Origin: Planctomycetota bacterium | GTDB taxonomy: Bacteria > Planctomycetota > SZUA-567 > H5-PLA8 | Assembly (NCBI GenBank): GCA_038227875.1 | Contig: JBBRPR010000031.1 | Location: forward strand, 32,409-96,408 | DNA: 64,000 nucleotides | Reading direction: 5' to 3' | Part shown: piece after piece, positions 33,201-40,757 of the stretch | Numbering within the stretch: the stretch's first letter is position 1 | How the letters are laid out: each line of letters starts with the position of its first letter | The notes under the pieces: model-generated | Database searches by the model: none | What the model was told of the DNA's origin: nothing | What the model saw: the letters and a program-made list of their open reading frames with translations, nothing else | Translations under genes and position numbers: made by a program

Positions 33201-33898
33201 CGGGTGAAGAGCACGTGGCCGATATTGGGGCCGAAGGCGGGTGGTTCTTCAGTAGTGACATCGATATCGAAAGGCGAATAGTCTTCCGCGACGCGTTCCC
33301 AGACATGTTGAATGAACGTCTGCTCGGCATCGTTAAAAGTGGTTTCGTCGCCGTCGAGATCGAAGGGACGTGTCTGAAACGACAGCACGCCAAAGCCTTG
33401 ATTCCAACCGGTGTTGGTAACGGTCGCGCCTTTGAAATCGAGATAAACGGTATGCGCCGAACCCTGGCGGCTGTGCAGCGCCGGCAGCGAGGAGATCGGA
33501 ACATTGCCGCGCGCGATCTGGGAGCTGGTGTGCACGACTGATTTGGCGCGGACGAAGGCCACCGCATCCTTGCTCAGCTCGCAGGTGTAGTAAAGGGAGC
33601 CGGCATCGTCGGCGCGCATGGCGTGGATGTCTTCGGTGGAGAACGATTTTTTGTGGAGGTGTTCGAGCGCGGCCTTGCGCGCGCCGGAGTCCAGTTTGCG
33701 GAGCTTGGTTTTCAGTTCGCCGTCGGGCAGGTCTTCCAGTTGAAAAGGATGACCTTTGCCAAAGAGGCGGGGAGCGGGATGGGTTGCGGGAACGGGAGTG
33801 GGGGCTGAAGTGGGAGCGGGGCTTTCACCTGCAATTACAGCAAAGAAGGAGAAACAGAAAGCAAGTATGGCGCAGCATAGCGCGGTTGAGTATCGCAT
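27206..33898 (-). CDS. Giant secreted zinc metalloprotease (reprolysin/M12-like) with PPC-like, Ig-like repeat, choice-of-anchor Q, DUF11-like, PKD and C-terminal Lys-rich domains
   Basis: Signal peptide from ATG 33898; HEMGHNLGLSHD and Met-turn PIMG; three 'VTGPANG..LDF' repeats; YGGPTPTH...DQRG..R...DIGAIE; three 'ALNDT' repeats; YSWDFGDGS; DSDGDGVSD. Confidence 0.88.
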   Translation of the reverse strand: MRYSTALCCAILAFCFSFFAVIAGESPAPTSAPTPVPATHPAPRLFGKGHPFQLEDLPDGELKTKLRKLDSGARKAALEHLHKKSFSTEDIHAMRADDAGSLYYTCELSKDAVAFVRAKSVVHTSSQIARGNVPISSLPALHSRQGSAHTVYLDFKGATVTNTGWNQGFGVLSFQTRPFDLDGDETTFNDAEQTFIQHVWERVAEDYSPFDIDVTTEEPPAFGPNIGHVLFTRNKDKNGNTCPFAGNIGGVAYLDVYGLANYSFFTPAWVYYENLPAYGSPPPIPQPFEDLCAEAASHEMGHNLGLSHDGTSLSAYYNGHGTGATSWGPIMGTGFGRNVTQWTHGEYFDANNTEDQLAIIAGKINYRPADHGSTDATASTFAVTGGTTIVSSDPKNRGVIEQTSNVDVFTFATQAGPVTFNINPFRSSVDTRGGNVDLHAELYNSVGTLVQTSSIAGDTNAVISTTLAAGVYYLHVSNEGDGTPLSNPPSGYTNYGSVGQYFIDGTLTPDLTAPTAVETLSNVTTYGATTQTFTVTYSDNFAIDVGTLSNTNVRVTSPAGFDVPATFVSVSNASHGTPRVATYSFTPPGGFWDSADNNTYTATVQAGQVRDISGNAVATTSQTFTVNVPAFALAGVTGPANGSYRAGTNLDFQVTYTQPVVVTGAPSIALTIGASPVNATYVSGSGTATLTFRYVVQPGDTDTDGIASASPIILNGGSIKNSSNTNAALTFTPPNTTAVLVDTTAPNITGVTGPANATYGVNRNLDFTANFNEPVFVTGGTPTIALTIGATARSANYISGGGSAALLFRYTVQAGESDSDGIVSTSPIQLNGALIRDLAGNNSALTFTPPVTTSVLVNTVSPAILSVTGPADGEYLLNQNLDFIVQYDHVVYVANGTPTMSLTIGASPVTATYISGNGTALLTFRHTVVIGEVDTDGIDCASPLVLNGATIQDVAGNNGGLTFTPPLLTSVTVNAGFSSTIIVTNANDSGAGSLRKALSDVTANGVITFDPTFFNTSRTINLASSLQPNKSLTINGPGANLLTVAGNNTNYPVFELLNGDITLIGMTLTGGHDNYSLNFAGGVTTRAAATVNSVTILDCNITGNVGKFGGGVSVVSNFLTIRRCTVSNNQAVNTGFSNAGGGINYQGGTMLLENCTISGNSNDSASDSAGGVCTFSGTTTIVNCTITNNSNLNDSTSTGGLIALQNNTYVFNSIIAGNTNGGSATSKTADICIPDPIFGGTGKIYSDGYNLIGNIGVYTLGGTVGPTYFVNGVSGDQVGTPGAILDPGLSPLGNYGGPTPTHLITPSSLAYNKGSNTSFTGTMGPALVAPLNDQRGLVRPRGAAADIGAIEAQVVVSPATIPAGQSGTLYPTVTFSATGGTPAYALVFSGSLPSGMTCDGTTLAGTPTAVGSFPFTITATDSTSLVGTANFVLTVGSTPGIDLVPALSHTGTFKQGQSGVHYSVSVANTGALASSGTITATMSIPAGLTPTAFTGTGWVQTSLAPPTATFSGTIAAAGTDTNLMLTANIASNAAATLIPTVTISGGGETNTTNDTASDSTTVLPDQAPQISGTLPNQALNDTATLAPFTPVTIFYFDSAQSLTTSVTVSATSHGDFTPGSVTAAGFTNAGGGSYTFNGTAAALTAAIRQLVFAPIPTRVSPGTTEATSFTISVNDGISPAVTDSTTSVNSLSINNAPTISGAVANQALNDTQTLATFTGVTVADVDPQTLTVSVSLDLAAKGKFTAQSLTASGFADSGNGVYTFSGTPAAATTAIRLLVFAPTPNRVAPGSTEITTLSVAANDGVAPAVLNSITTVVSTSLNDGPAILGMNGGLQINDTQTIPPFAIAILRDLDVPAQTLAVSVTLDDPAKGAFTPASLTASGFTDAGAGRYTFNGATTIATNAIRQLVFAAAPRHLPPGQSETTTMTVTLSDGIAPTVTDKVTTVTVTFIPPPVVVVTSPASATPPNPGLGQTVQFAVGVTGSGTLTYSWDFGDGSPTSAQASPTHAYQTEGAYTATVTVSDTFGNSATSTVTVTVSAPLVGTGPDSDGDGVSDGIETTLGTSPTDPLSTPYSGPVLPLTVLKAGIKLNFASVSADGLSASGTLHIPKGYSPLKNQVALVVGSVVRSWTLDAKGKGKTRDSSFKLMIKTKKKVVLEQDAKFSIMFKKVALALTLDGSGLKNADARKLPVNVTFNLILNKSLYRKAQDLVYTAKKGKTGMAKSLKVIIKK

Positions 33899-34142
33899 GG
33901 AGGTCCTTTCTCGGTTTTGGGAAGCAGACATTAATATACGCAGTTCCGTTTCGCTATCGTATAATTTCCAGAAAGTATCGAGGATTTAGGTAACAAGTGC
34001 AATCGCTCAATGCGCAGCTTTTTGTGCGGTTATTTTTTGATTTGAGGATTATTTCGGAAGCGTAGTGAGATCAGGTAGGCGCTACGAGACGTGACTTCAA
34101 TGCGGGCATTTTAGGCGTGTGATTTACAGGTTCAGTCGCGAG

Positions 34143-34610
34143 CTATTTTTGTTCCTTCTTTTCTTCAGCGATTAATTTTTTGACTTCATCCAGCGCGGCG
34201 GCGATTTCCTTTTTGCCTTGCTCTGACGGCACTGTCGTCGGAATTCTTCCGCCGGAGTAGAACGTCGACCAAGTCGTCTTCTCCCCTTCCCCATCCTTCT
34301 TCAGAAACCAGATGCCGTCCTCTTCGCCGGAATACGTCCACGTGGCTGTGCTCCCGGGCTTGGCGAGGTACTTCAAGGTGACCTGCTTGATTCTGGCGTC
34401 GCCTTTCAACGTCTCGCGGATCGTGAGCGTGGAGGTCGCCCAAGTGGCGTCCACTTCCTTGCGATCGCTGAGTTTGCCGATGGCGATCAATTCCGATTGC
34501 GAAACCAGTTCGGCGCGCGACATCACATCGCCCGAGGCCACGGCGGAATTGGCGCAGCAGGCCAGCAACAGGGCGCAACCGAGAGCGAGCAGCGGGATGT
34601 GTGTCTTCAT
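34143..34610 (-). CDS. Small secreted hypothetical protein
   Basis: ATG 34610 after AGGAGG; signal peptide; 'ELVSQSELIAIGK' TIMP/NTR-like start. Confidence 0.7.
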   Translation of the reverse strand: MKTHIPLLALGCALLLACCANSAVASGDVMSRAELVSQSELIAIGKLSDRKEVDATWATSTLTIRETLKGDARIKQVTLKYLAKPGSTATWTYSGEEDGIWFLKKDGEGEKTTWSTFYSGGRIPTTVPSEQGKKEIAAALDEVKKLIAEEKKEQK

Positions 34611-34770
34611 GATGCCTCCTGAACCACGGCATTGGACGCGCACGGCTTCTGCGTGGTTCGCGAAATCGTAATGAATTTGAAAGCCGGACGTACGCATCTT
34701 TCAAGATTTTTAGATGTAACTGCCGGGCGGCAGATCTTATTTAATCATCGTACATTTGAGAGGACATTCC

Positions 34771-35250
34771 ATGAGCATCGAAGCTGATCCCGTTGAAGTG
34801 GCTTGGTTCTGGGAGATCATCGAATCCTCTCAGCGCAGCTTGCGGAAACTGTGCGGACGGCTTGAAGGGCTCACGCAGCCAGAGTTGATCCGTTTTCAAT
34901 GCCGGTGCTGGCATGCCAAGGAAGACGTGAATCCGTTCACGCGATTCGACGAGATGAAACTGAGCCGTCCGTGTTCGGAAGATCACGGTGATGATTTTTC
35001 CGGCTGGGTGATCGGCGAAGGGCGCGTTTTTTTTGAGCAGGTCAGGGACAATCCCGCAGAGGTTCAGAAGTACAACGACTTGCTGGAGAGCCGCACGTGG
35101 GTGAAGTGGGACACCAGCGTGGAGCACGAAGAGTACGAAGGATACCAGCGCGCGGATCTCATTGCCAAAGCTGTCTACGAGCGAAAATTCGGCGAGGACC
35201 TCGACGAAGCGGTTGATGCAGCGTTGGATGAGGAGTTTGGCAATACCTAG
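34771..35250 (+). CDS. DUF4240-like protein
   Basis: FWEIIE...L..L...E...F, SED..DDF.GWVIGEGRVFFEQV..NP, YERKFG; acidic. Confidence 0.7.
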   Translation: MSIEADPVEVAWFWEIIESSQRSLRKLCGRLEGLTQPELIRFQCRCWHAKEDVNPFTRFDEMKLSRPCSEDHGDDFSGWVIGEGRVFFEQVRDNPAEVQKYNDLLESRTWVKWDTSVEHEEYEGYQRADLIAKAVYERKFGEDLDEAVDAALDEEFGNT

Positions 35251-35271
35251 AGCCCAGTGGGAGGAAATCAC

Positions 35272-35859
35272 ATGGCATTGATGGCCACACGGTTAGTCCC
35301 GAAGGATCCCGAGGAACAGCCGACCATCTTCGATCTCGTGCAGCGGAAGGGCTGGATCTATTTAAAGCGGGTGAAACCCGATCCCGAGAAATTCATTCCC
35401 GGCGAGAGCATTTTCAAGCCCAAGGACGCGGACGTCACGGTTCACTACGTCGACGATTTCATCGCGCAGGTTGTGTACATCCTGCTGAAAGCCGAAGACC
35501 TGGATGAGCTCACTGATGTCGCCGATGAAATCGCAGAAGAGCTGCCGACGTATTCGAGTGATGAAATTCTGCAGCTCTATCCCGCGGCGAAAGACGAAGC
35601 GGAGAGGAGCAAGGCCATCCGGCTGACGGGTATCGCAGCGCCGGGCAGGTATGACGAGCGGTACTTTGCGATTTTTCGCGCCGCACTTGCCGCAAGCGAG
35701 ACGCCGGTGCGGCTGGCGGCCGTCCAGATGACCGCGTATCTGGGCTGGCGTGAACTGGGCGCGCTGCTGGAACCACTGCGCGATTCTGATGCAGACGAAG
35801 GTGTGCGAACGTCGGCCGGGAATATCGTCAGCGCAATGAAGGCCGCTCAGCGACCCTGA
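35272..35859 (+). CDS. HEAT-repeat-containing protein
   Basis: GGAGG RBS; C-terminal PVRLAAV...L..L..D.DEGVR..A repeats. Confidence 0.7.
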   Translation: MALMATRLVPKDPEEQPTIFDLVQRKGWIYLKRVKPDPEKFIPGESIFKPKDADVTVHYVDDFIAQVVYILLKAEDLDELTDVADEIAEELPTYSSDEILQLYPAAKDEAERSKAIRLTGIAAPGRYDERYFAIFRAALAASETPVRLAAVQMTAYLGWRELGALLEPLRDSDADEGVRTSAGNIVSAMKAAQRP

Positions 35860-36093
35860 GCGTTTTTTGTGCGAGAGCACCCTGGTCGTATTTTTCCGCA
35901 CCCTCCCCAAAATTCGTGTCTGGATATTCCTCCGGCAGTTCACTAGCCGTTGAAACAACGATAGGCACTAACACGGATACCTTACTGCCGGCGTTTCTCG
36001 AACGATTTTTCGGGACAGATCTCACGCGTCAACACGGGCTCCTTGCGGTCGCGTGGACAGTGTTGTCACGTCTTCGAAAATCAGGGGGATCGA

Positions 36094-37845
36094 TTGAGTA
36101 CGTTTAAGCGCCGCGCGTGGCGCGGTTTATCTCTGACGGAAATGCTGGTGGTGCTTTCCATCATGGTGATTCTGATGGCGGTGCTGATTCCCGCGCTGGG
36201 TTCGTTTACGCACACCAGCCGCGTGATCGCCGCCGCGGACACCACCGCCAAGGTATTTCGCGAAGCACGCTACTATGCCATGAGCAATGGCGTGCCGGTC
36301 GTTCCCATCATTCTGCGCGACCGCAAGGGGCAGTTCAGCATCGCCTACGCGGCCAAGTGCATGCAGTTCCACGGCACGTATTTGAACACCGATGCCGCGC
36401 CCAAAACCTGGCTGCCCTCGGGCGGTCCCGGGGTCAGCGCGCAACCGTGGTCGATGGTCCGCCAGGAAGTGGATTTGAAAAGCCTTGAAAAAGGCGGGTT
36501 TGTTTACGTGGTCGCGTCGCCGACGTTGAACATCCAGAATCCCGGATTGCTCCCCGGCGGACCCAACAGCGCGGCGGGCAAGAACCCGTCGCTGGGCGCG
36601 CCGGCGCAGGCCTACAACGAAATGATGTTCATGCGGGTCACGCCGCAACTGGACGCCATGGGCAATCCCGATCCGAAGTTTCTCATGGACACGTCCACTT
36701 ATAAGTACGAAGTGCTGATGCGCGGCGTTCACAACACGGCGCTGGGCAACTTCGATCCCGCGCAATCGTGGTCGGGCGGAATTACCGGCACGTCCTCATT
36801 TGGCATGAACCGGGGATCGGCCGATGTCTACCTGGTCATCGGCGGCAACAACAGCGGCAGCAATGAAGTGACGGCCAATCCCACCGACATGCGCGACATT
36901 CGCGCACCGGGATTCGATCTGCCCGACCGCGTCATGATCGACCAGCTCACGCCCGCCGACGCCGCCGGGACTACGAAGCAGGGGCCTGTCTACTGCACGC
37001 TGACGGCCCAGGCGCAGGCTTTCCAGGAAGCGAGCCTGCATCTGTCGTGGGGCGGCAAGTACGAACCGGCTTACGAATACCCGCTCTTCCTGCCCATTTT
37101 CATGCCCGACGGCACGGTGCGCGGCGGTTCGGCGCGCAACGACGTGGGTTCCGTGGGCGCGGATCGCGGCGCGTATTCCGGCATCGACGACCAGACAATC
37201 CGCGTCATCGACACGCTCTCGCGGGAGTACCGGTACATCACAATCAAGACCGGCGGGCAGGTGCAGATCGGCACGTCGCTTCCGCCGCGCCGACAAGGCT
37301 TGAAGAATAACCTGTCGGGCGGCCCCGGCGGCAGCGATCCGGGATACAATCCGTACACGGATTTTTATCCGCCGCCACCACCGCCGCCCCCGCCACCACC
37401 GCCCCCGCCGCCTCCTCCACCACCCCCACCGCCGCCGCCACCGGTGCCGCCGCCACCACCTCCTCCGCCGCCGCCTCCGCCGCCTCCGCCGCCGCCGTCG
37501 AGCAGCACGAGTTCGAGCAGTGGAGCGAGCAGTTCGACGTCGACGTCCTCATCCACGGGCAGTTCGAGCGGGAATTCGAGCAGCGGAGCCAGTTCGAGTG
37601 GATCGAGCAGCTCGTCGGGCAGCACCAGCACTACGAGTAATTCTTCAAGCGGCGCGAGCAGCAGCAGTGGCGCGAGCGGCAGCAGCAGTTCCAGCAGTTC
37701 CAGCAGTGGCGCAAGCAGTTCCAGCAGCGGCGCATCGAGCAACGGCGGCACGGGCTCGGGGCCCGGCGGTCAGACCAGCAATGGAGGAGGCGGCGACGGT
37801 GGAGGAGACGGGGCCAGCGAACCTCAGCCCCCTAACAAACCATAA
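36094..37845 (+). CDS. Prepilin-type N-terminal cleavage protein with polyproline and Ser/Gly-rich tail
   Basis: Basic leader RRAWRG|LSLTEMLVVLSIMVILMAVLIPAL (E at +5); IFMPDG GspH/FimT-like motif; TTG start after GGGGG. Confidence 0.8.
   Translation: MSTFKRRAWRGLSLTEMLVVLSIMVILMAVLIPALGSFTHTSRVIAAADTTAKVFREARYYAMSNGVPVVPIILRDRKGQFSIAYAAKCMQFHGTYLNTDAAPKTWLPSGGPGVSAQPWSMVRQEVDLKSLEKGGFVYVVASPTLNIQNPGLLPGGPNSAAGKNPSLGAPAQAYNEMMFMRVTPQLDAMGNPDPKFLMDTSTYKYEVLMRGVHNTALGNFDPAQSWSGGITGTSSFGMNRGSADVYLVIGGNNSGSNEVTANPTDMRDIRAPGFDLPDRVMIDQLTPADAAGTTKQGPVYCTLTAQAQAFQEASLHLSWGGKYEPAYEYPLFLPIFMPDGTVRGGSARNDVGSVGADRGAYSGIDDQTIRVIDTLSREYRYITIKTGGQVQIGTSLPPRRQGLKNNLSGGPGGSDPGYNPYTDFYPPPPPPPPPPPPPPPPPPPPPPPPPVPPPPPPPPPPPPPPPPPSSSTSSSSGASSSTSTSSSTGSSSGNSSSGASSSGSSSSSGSTSTTSNSSSGASSSSGASGSSSSSSSSSGASSSSSGASSNGGTGSGPGGQTSNGGGGDGGGDGASEPQPPNKP
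37369..37497 (+). repeat. CCN trinucleotide tract encoding P25-V-P17
   Basis: Counted from the nucleotides; mixed CCG/CCA/CCT/CCC codons. Confidence 0.9.
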
Positions 37846-37884
37846 GCCTGTTGCAATTGACGCGTGCCCGCCGACGATTGTGGG

Positions 37885-38349
37885 ATGCCGACCCACACGT
37901 CAATGCTGGATGAACTGCGGGCGATTAAGAAACGCGATGGCATCCGTTCGATGCTCGTGCATCTGAACAGCCTGACCGAATTCCGTTTCACCGCTCTGTA
38001 CCGCTTCAACGACGAATCCCTGCAAAACGTTTTCTTTTTCGACAGAGAACGCCCGGAGGTCAGTTCCTGTCCCACGATTCCAATTATGGCCTCGTACTGT
38101 GTGTTCGTAAAAAACGGGAAGACCACCTTCAAGAGCTGCGATTCGCATCAGGACGCCAGGCTCAACGGCCATAGCAAACAAATGGAAGTGCGCTCCTACT
38201 GCGGTGTGCCGCTGGTGGGCGAAGACGGGAAGATGTTCGGAACGGTCTGCCACTTCGACTTCCGGGCGCTTCCCATCAGCGACGAGAATGTGTCGCTGAT
38301 GGAGCGCATCGCCGAGATGCTCCAGCCGGACGTCAAGACTCTGAGCTGA
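37885..38349 (+). CDS. Stand-alone GAF domain protein
   Basis: SYCVFV, DARL..H, VRSYCGVPL...G..FGTVCHFD; start uncertain (37864-37903). Confidence 0.82.
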   Translation: MPTHTSMLDELRAIKKRDGIRSMLVHLNSLTEFRFTALYRFNDESLQNVFFFDRERPEVSSCPTIPIMASYCVFVKNGKTTFKSCDSHQDARLNGHSKQMEVRSYCGVPLVGEDGKMFGTVCHFDFRALPISDENVSLMERIAEMLQPDVKTLS

Positions 38350-38359
38350 CCATCCTGTG

Positions 38360-39094
38360 CTACTTCGCGAACCATTTCAGCAATTCCGCAGTAACCAGAT
38401 CGTGGCCCTTGCGGTTGGGGTGATTGCCCTGGGACATCAGGTCTGGAAGCTTGGCGCCGGCTTTGATGGCCTGCTTGAAGGCCTCGAGGCTATCGACGAG
38501 CGCGACGTGGTACTGCGCGGCGAGTTTCCGGACCTGCTCGGCATTCTTGTTCAGCGGATCGGCGGGGTCGTCGAGCTTGGATGCCTGATCGGGCGTGGGC
38601 GTGAGCAGGATGACTTTGATTTTCGCAGCCAGCGCCTTTTCGATCATCGAAGACCACGCCTTCGCCGACTGCTCCAACGGCAAGCCGCGGTCGTTGAGCA
38701 CGTAGTCGATGGTGATCACGTCCGGATGCAGGCTTAAGACATCGCGTTCAAAACGTTCCGCGCCGCTGAGGCAATTTTCGCCGCCGATGGCGGTGACGAT
38801 GACATTGATCACGGCGTTGGGGTAATTTTCCTTCAGGCCGACGTGAAAGAGATGCGGATACGCGTTGAAGGTGTCGACGAACGGCGTTTTGAAGTAGCCG
38901 GCGGGGACGCTGTGGCCGTGGCAGACGAAGTTGACGCGGCGGTTGCCGGGCCAGACTTTTTTCAGTTCGGCAGTGAGGTCGCTGAAATACGTGGCTTTTA
39001 CCGCGAGCGCCGGAGCATCGGCCGCGGCCACCGGTCCGAAGACTGTCGCCAGCAGCACCAGGCTCAGCAGCATCGCGTCGTGCGTAATGGACAT
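38360..39094 (-). CDS. Secreted SGNH/GDSL hydrolase
   Basis: HGHSVP (block I), AIGGE, YVLND, NHPN..GH; AGGAGG RBS; signal peptide. Confidence 0.85.
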   Translation of the reverse strand: MSITHDAMLLSLVLLATVFGPVAAADAPALAVKATYFSDLTAELKKVWPGNRRVNFVCHGHSVPAGYFKTPFVDTFNAYPHLFHVGLKENYPNAVINVIVTAIGGENCLSGAERFERDVLSLHPDVITIDYVLNDRGLPLEQSAKAWSSMIEKALAAKIKVILLTPTPDQASKLDDPADPLNKNAEQVRKLAAQYHVALVDSLEAFKQAIKAGAKLPDLMSQGNHPNRKGHDLVTAELLKWFAK

Positions 39095-39130
39095 GCGAAC
39101 TCCTCCTTCGAGGCAATTGATTCTTTCCGA

Positions 39131-39228
39131 CAGTTTTGAGTTGTTAGTATTGAGTTTTGAAATTATTGCCGCCGCAGCGTCAACTCAAAACTCAAAACTG
39201 AAAACTCAAAACTGCTCAGGATGATCGG
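39131..39228. repeat. Heptamer-periodic inverted repeat (TTTTGAG / CTCAAAA arms), relative of the 3701 element
   Basis: CAGTTTTGAGTTGTTAGTATTGAGTTTTGA...GCCGCAGCG...AACTCAAAACTCAAAACTGAAAACTCAAAACTG. Confidence 0.75.
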
Positions 39229-39267
39229 TGCGAATACTACACGTCGCGTCGCGATTTGGGAGTTGAA

Positions 39268-39302
39268 TAAAAAAACAGGCGTCGCGGTGAACGCGACGCC
39301 TG
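39268..39302 (-). terminator. Intrinsic terminator of the csp gene
   Basis: Minus strand: CAGGCGTCGCG-TTCAC-CGCGACGCCTG-TTTTTTT. Confidence 0.85.
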
Positions 39303-39332
39303 CCTGAATTGCTTTTTGGTTATGATCCGCTT

Positions 39333-39539
39333 TTACTGAATCGGGCGGACGTTGGTAGCCTTCGGTCCCTTGGTATCCTGGATCGAATCGAATTCAACGG
39401 CCTGGCCTTCCGCGAGTGAGCGGAACCCATCTGCCTTGATTTCACTGTGGTGGCAGAACAGGTCTTTTCCGCCTTCATCCGGGGTAATGAATCCAAAACC
39501 CTTTTGATCGTTGAACCACTTCACTTTGCCCTTGGCCAT
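39333..39539 (-). CDS. cspA: Cold-shock protein (CspA family)
   Basis: [15 protein letters not shown] (RNP1), LFCHHS (RNP2), KGPKATNV. Confidence 0.95.
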   Translation of the reverse strand: MAKGKVKWFNDQKGFGFITPDEGGKDLFCHHSEIKADGFRSLAEGQAVEFDSIQDTKGPKATNVRPIQ

Positions 39540-39671
39540 CGAACTTCTCCTGACTTCTTTCTTTGCCCACCATCATAGCGGCCGACATGGCCGTTTTGTT
39601 CGGAGCACTGGTATCAGTGTTACCGCAAAGCCGTGGAATACAAGTAATTTAAAAAATAGGTTCCATTCCAA

Positions 39672-40442
39672 TTATATATATGCCTGGAGCCGCTTGCGGT
39701 CTTTCGAGCGCACATTCGGCGCTTCGAGGATTTCGCGCTGGCGGCGCGTGAGCTCCGGCCAGCTGGCGCCCACCTCGTCGAGATACAGTTCGCTCAGCCC
39801 AATGCAGTTGGGTGTGTATTTGTAGAAAACCGCGCGGCGGTCGCGCTTGCCGGTCCACGGGATCGTGCCGTGCGCCAAGGTTTCGGTGAAGAGAATGGCG
39901 GTGCCGGCGGGGCCGGTGACCTGCTTGACGGCCGGCTGCGGTTTGCGCAGGTCGCGGAATTCTTCGGGGATCTTGAAATTGGAGCGGTGAGTACCGGGCA
40001 CGCAGCCGAAGCCGCCGTCGCCTTCGTGGACGTCGTTCAAGAGATAGACGACGGCCACTTCCGCGCCGTAGACCTTGCCGTCGTAGACGCCGTAGTGGTG
40101 GTTGGGTTCAAACGGAATCGCGCCCCCGTGCAGAATGTACGCGCCGCCGTCCTTGAATCCCGGCCGCAGATTGAACGCGTAGTTGTGATCGAGGCGGAAG
40201 TTCGGGCCGCAGATTTCTTCCAGGCAGCCAGTGACGCGCGGGTTGTCGATCAGGTCAATCATCGGCCCGCGCCAGGCGAGCACGTTCGCGAACGAAATGC
40301 TGCCGGCCTGCGGCGTGGGGTGCTCTTTGAGTTTCTCGTCCATCAGTGCGTTGATCGCAGAAACCTGTTCTGAAGAAAGCGCATTGGGAATGGTCATGTA
40401 TCCGTTGACATCGAAGAGGTACCGTTCGATTTCTGTCAGCAT
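39672..40442 (-). CDS. PhyH family Fe/2OG oxygenase with HGG in place of HxD
   Basis: YLFDVNGY, LHGG, GGFGCVPGTH, LAHGT..W....RR; AGGAG RBS. Confidence 0.85.
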   Translation of the reverse strand: MLTEIERYLFDVNGYMTIPNALSSEQVSAINALMDEKLKEHPTPQAGSISFANVLAWRGPMIDLIDNPRVTGCLEEICGPNFRLDHNYAFNLRPGFKDGGAYILHGGAIPFEPNHHYGVYDGKVYGAEVAVVYLLNDVHEGDGGFGCVPGTHRSNFKIPEEFRDLRKPQPAVKQVTGPAGTAILFTETLAHGTIPWTGKRDRRAVFYKYTPNCIGLSELYLDEVGASWPELTRRQREILEAPNVRSKDRKRLQAYI

Positions 40443-40581
40443 GGTGCGCTCCTAAATGAGACCGACATTTAATTTTTGCATCTCTGACTGCTTACGTGCT
40501 CCTGAGTATGCAATGGGGCAAGGAGGAATGGAATGTAGTGGGTGTTCAATAACATGTTGTTTTTGCTACGGACGAAACGGA

Positions 40582-40724
40582 AGGACCGAGGACCGAGGAC
40601 TGAGGACTGAGGACTGAGGACTGAGGATAAACCGCACGCATTCGAGAGAGGCTTTTTCTTTACTAAATTCAAAAGCGAAGCGACGCGCCGTAACCTCAGT
40701 CCTCAGTCCTCGGCCCTCAGTCCT
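40582..40724. repeat. Heptamer inverted repeat (GAGGACT)n ... (AGTCCTC)n
   Basis: About 6 GAGGACY units and about 4 complementary units around a roughly 65-bp core. Confidence 0.85.
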
Positions 40725-40757
40725 TTCTTTCTTCCCGGCTCCCGGTAAATTTTGGGC

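Noticed and set aside
37365..37751. Antisense poly-Gly ORF
   Set aside because: Mirror of the poly-Pro/Ser tract of the pilin-like gene.
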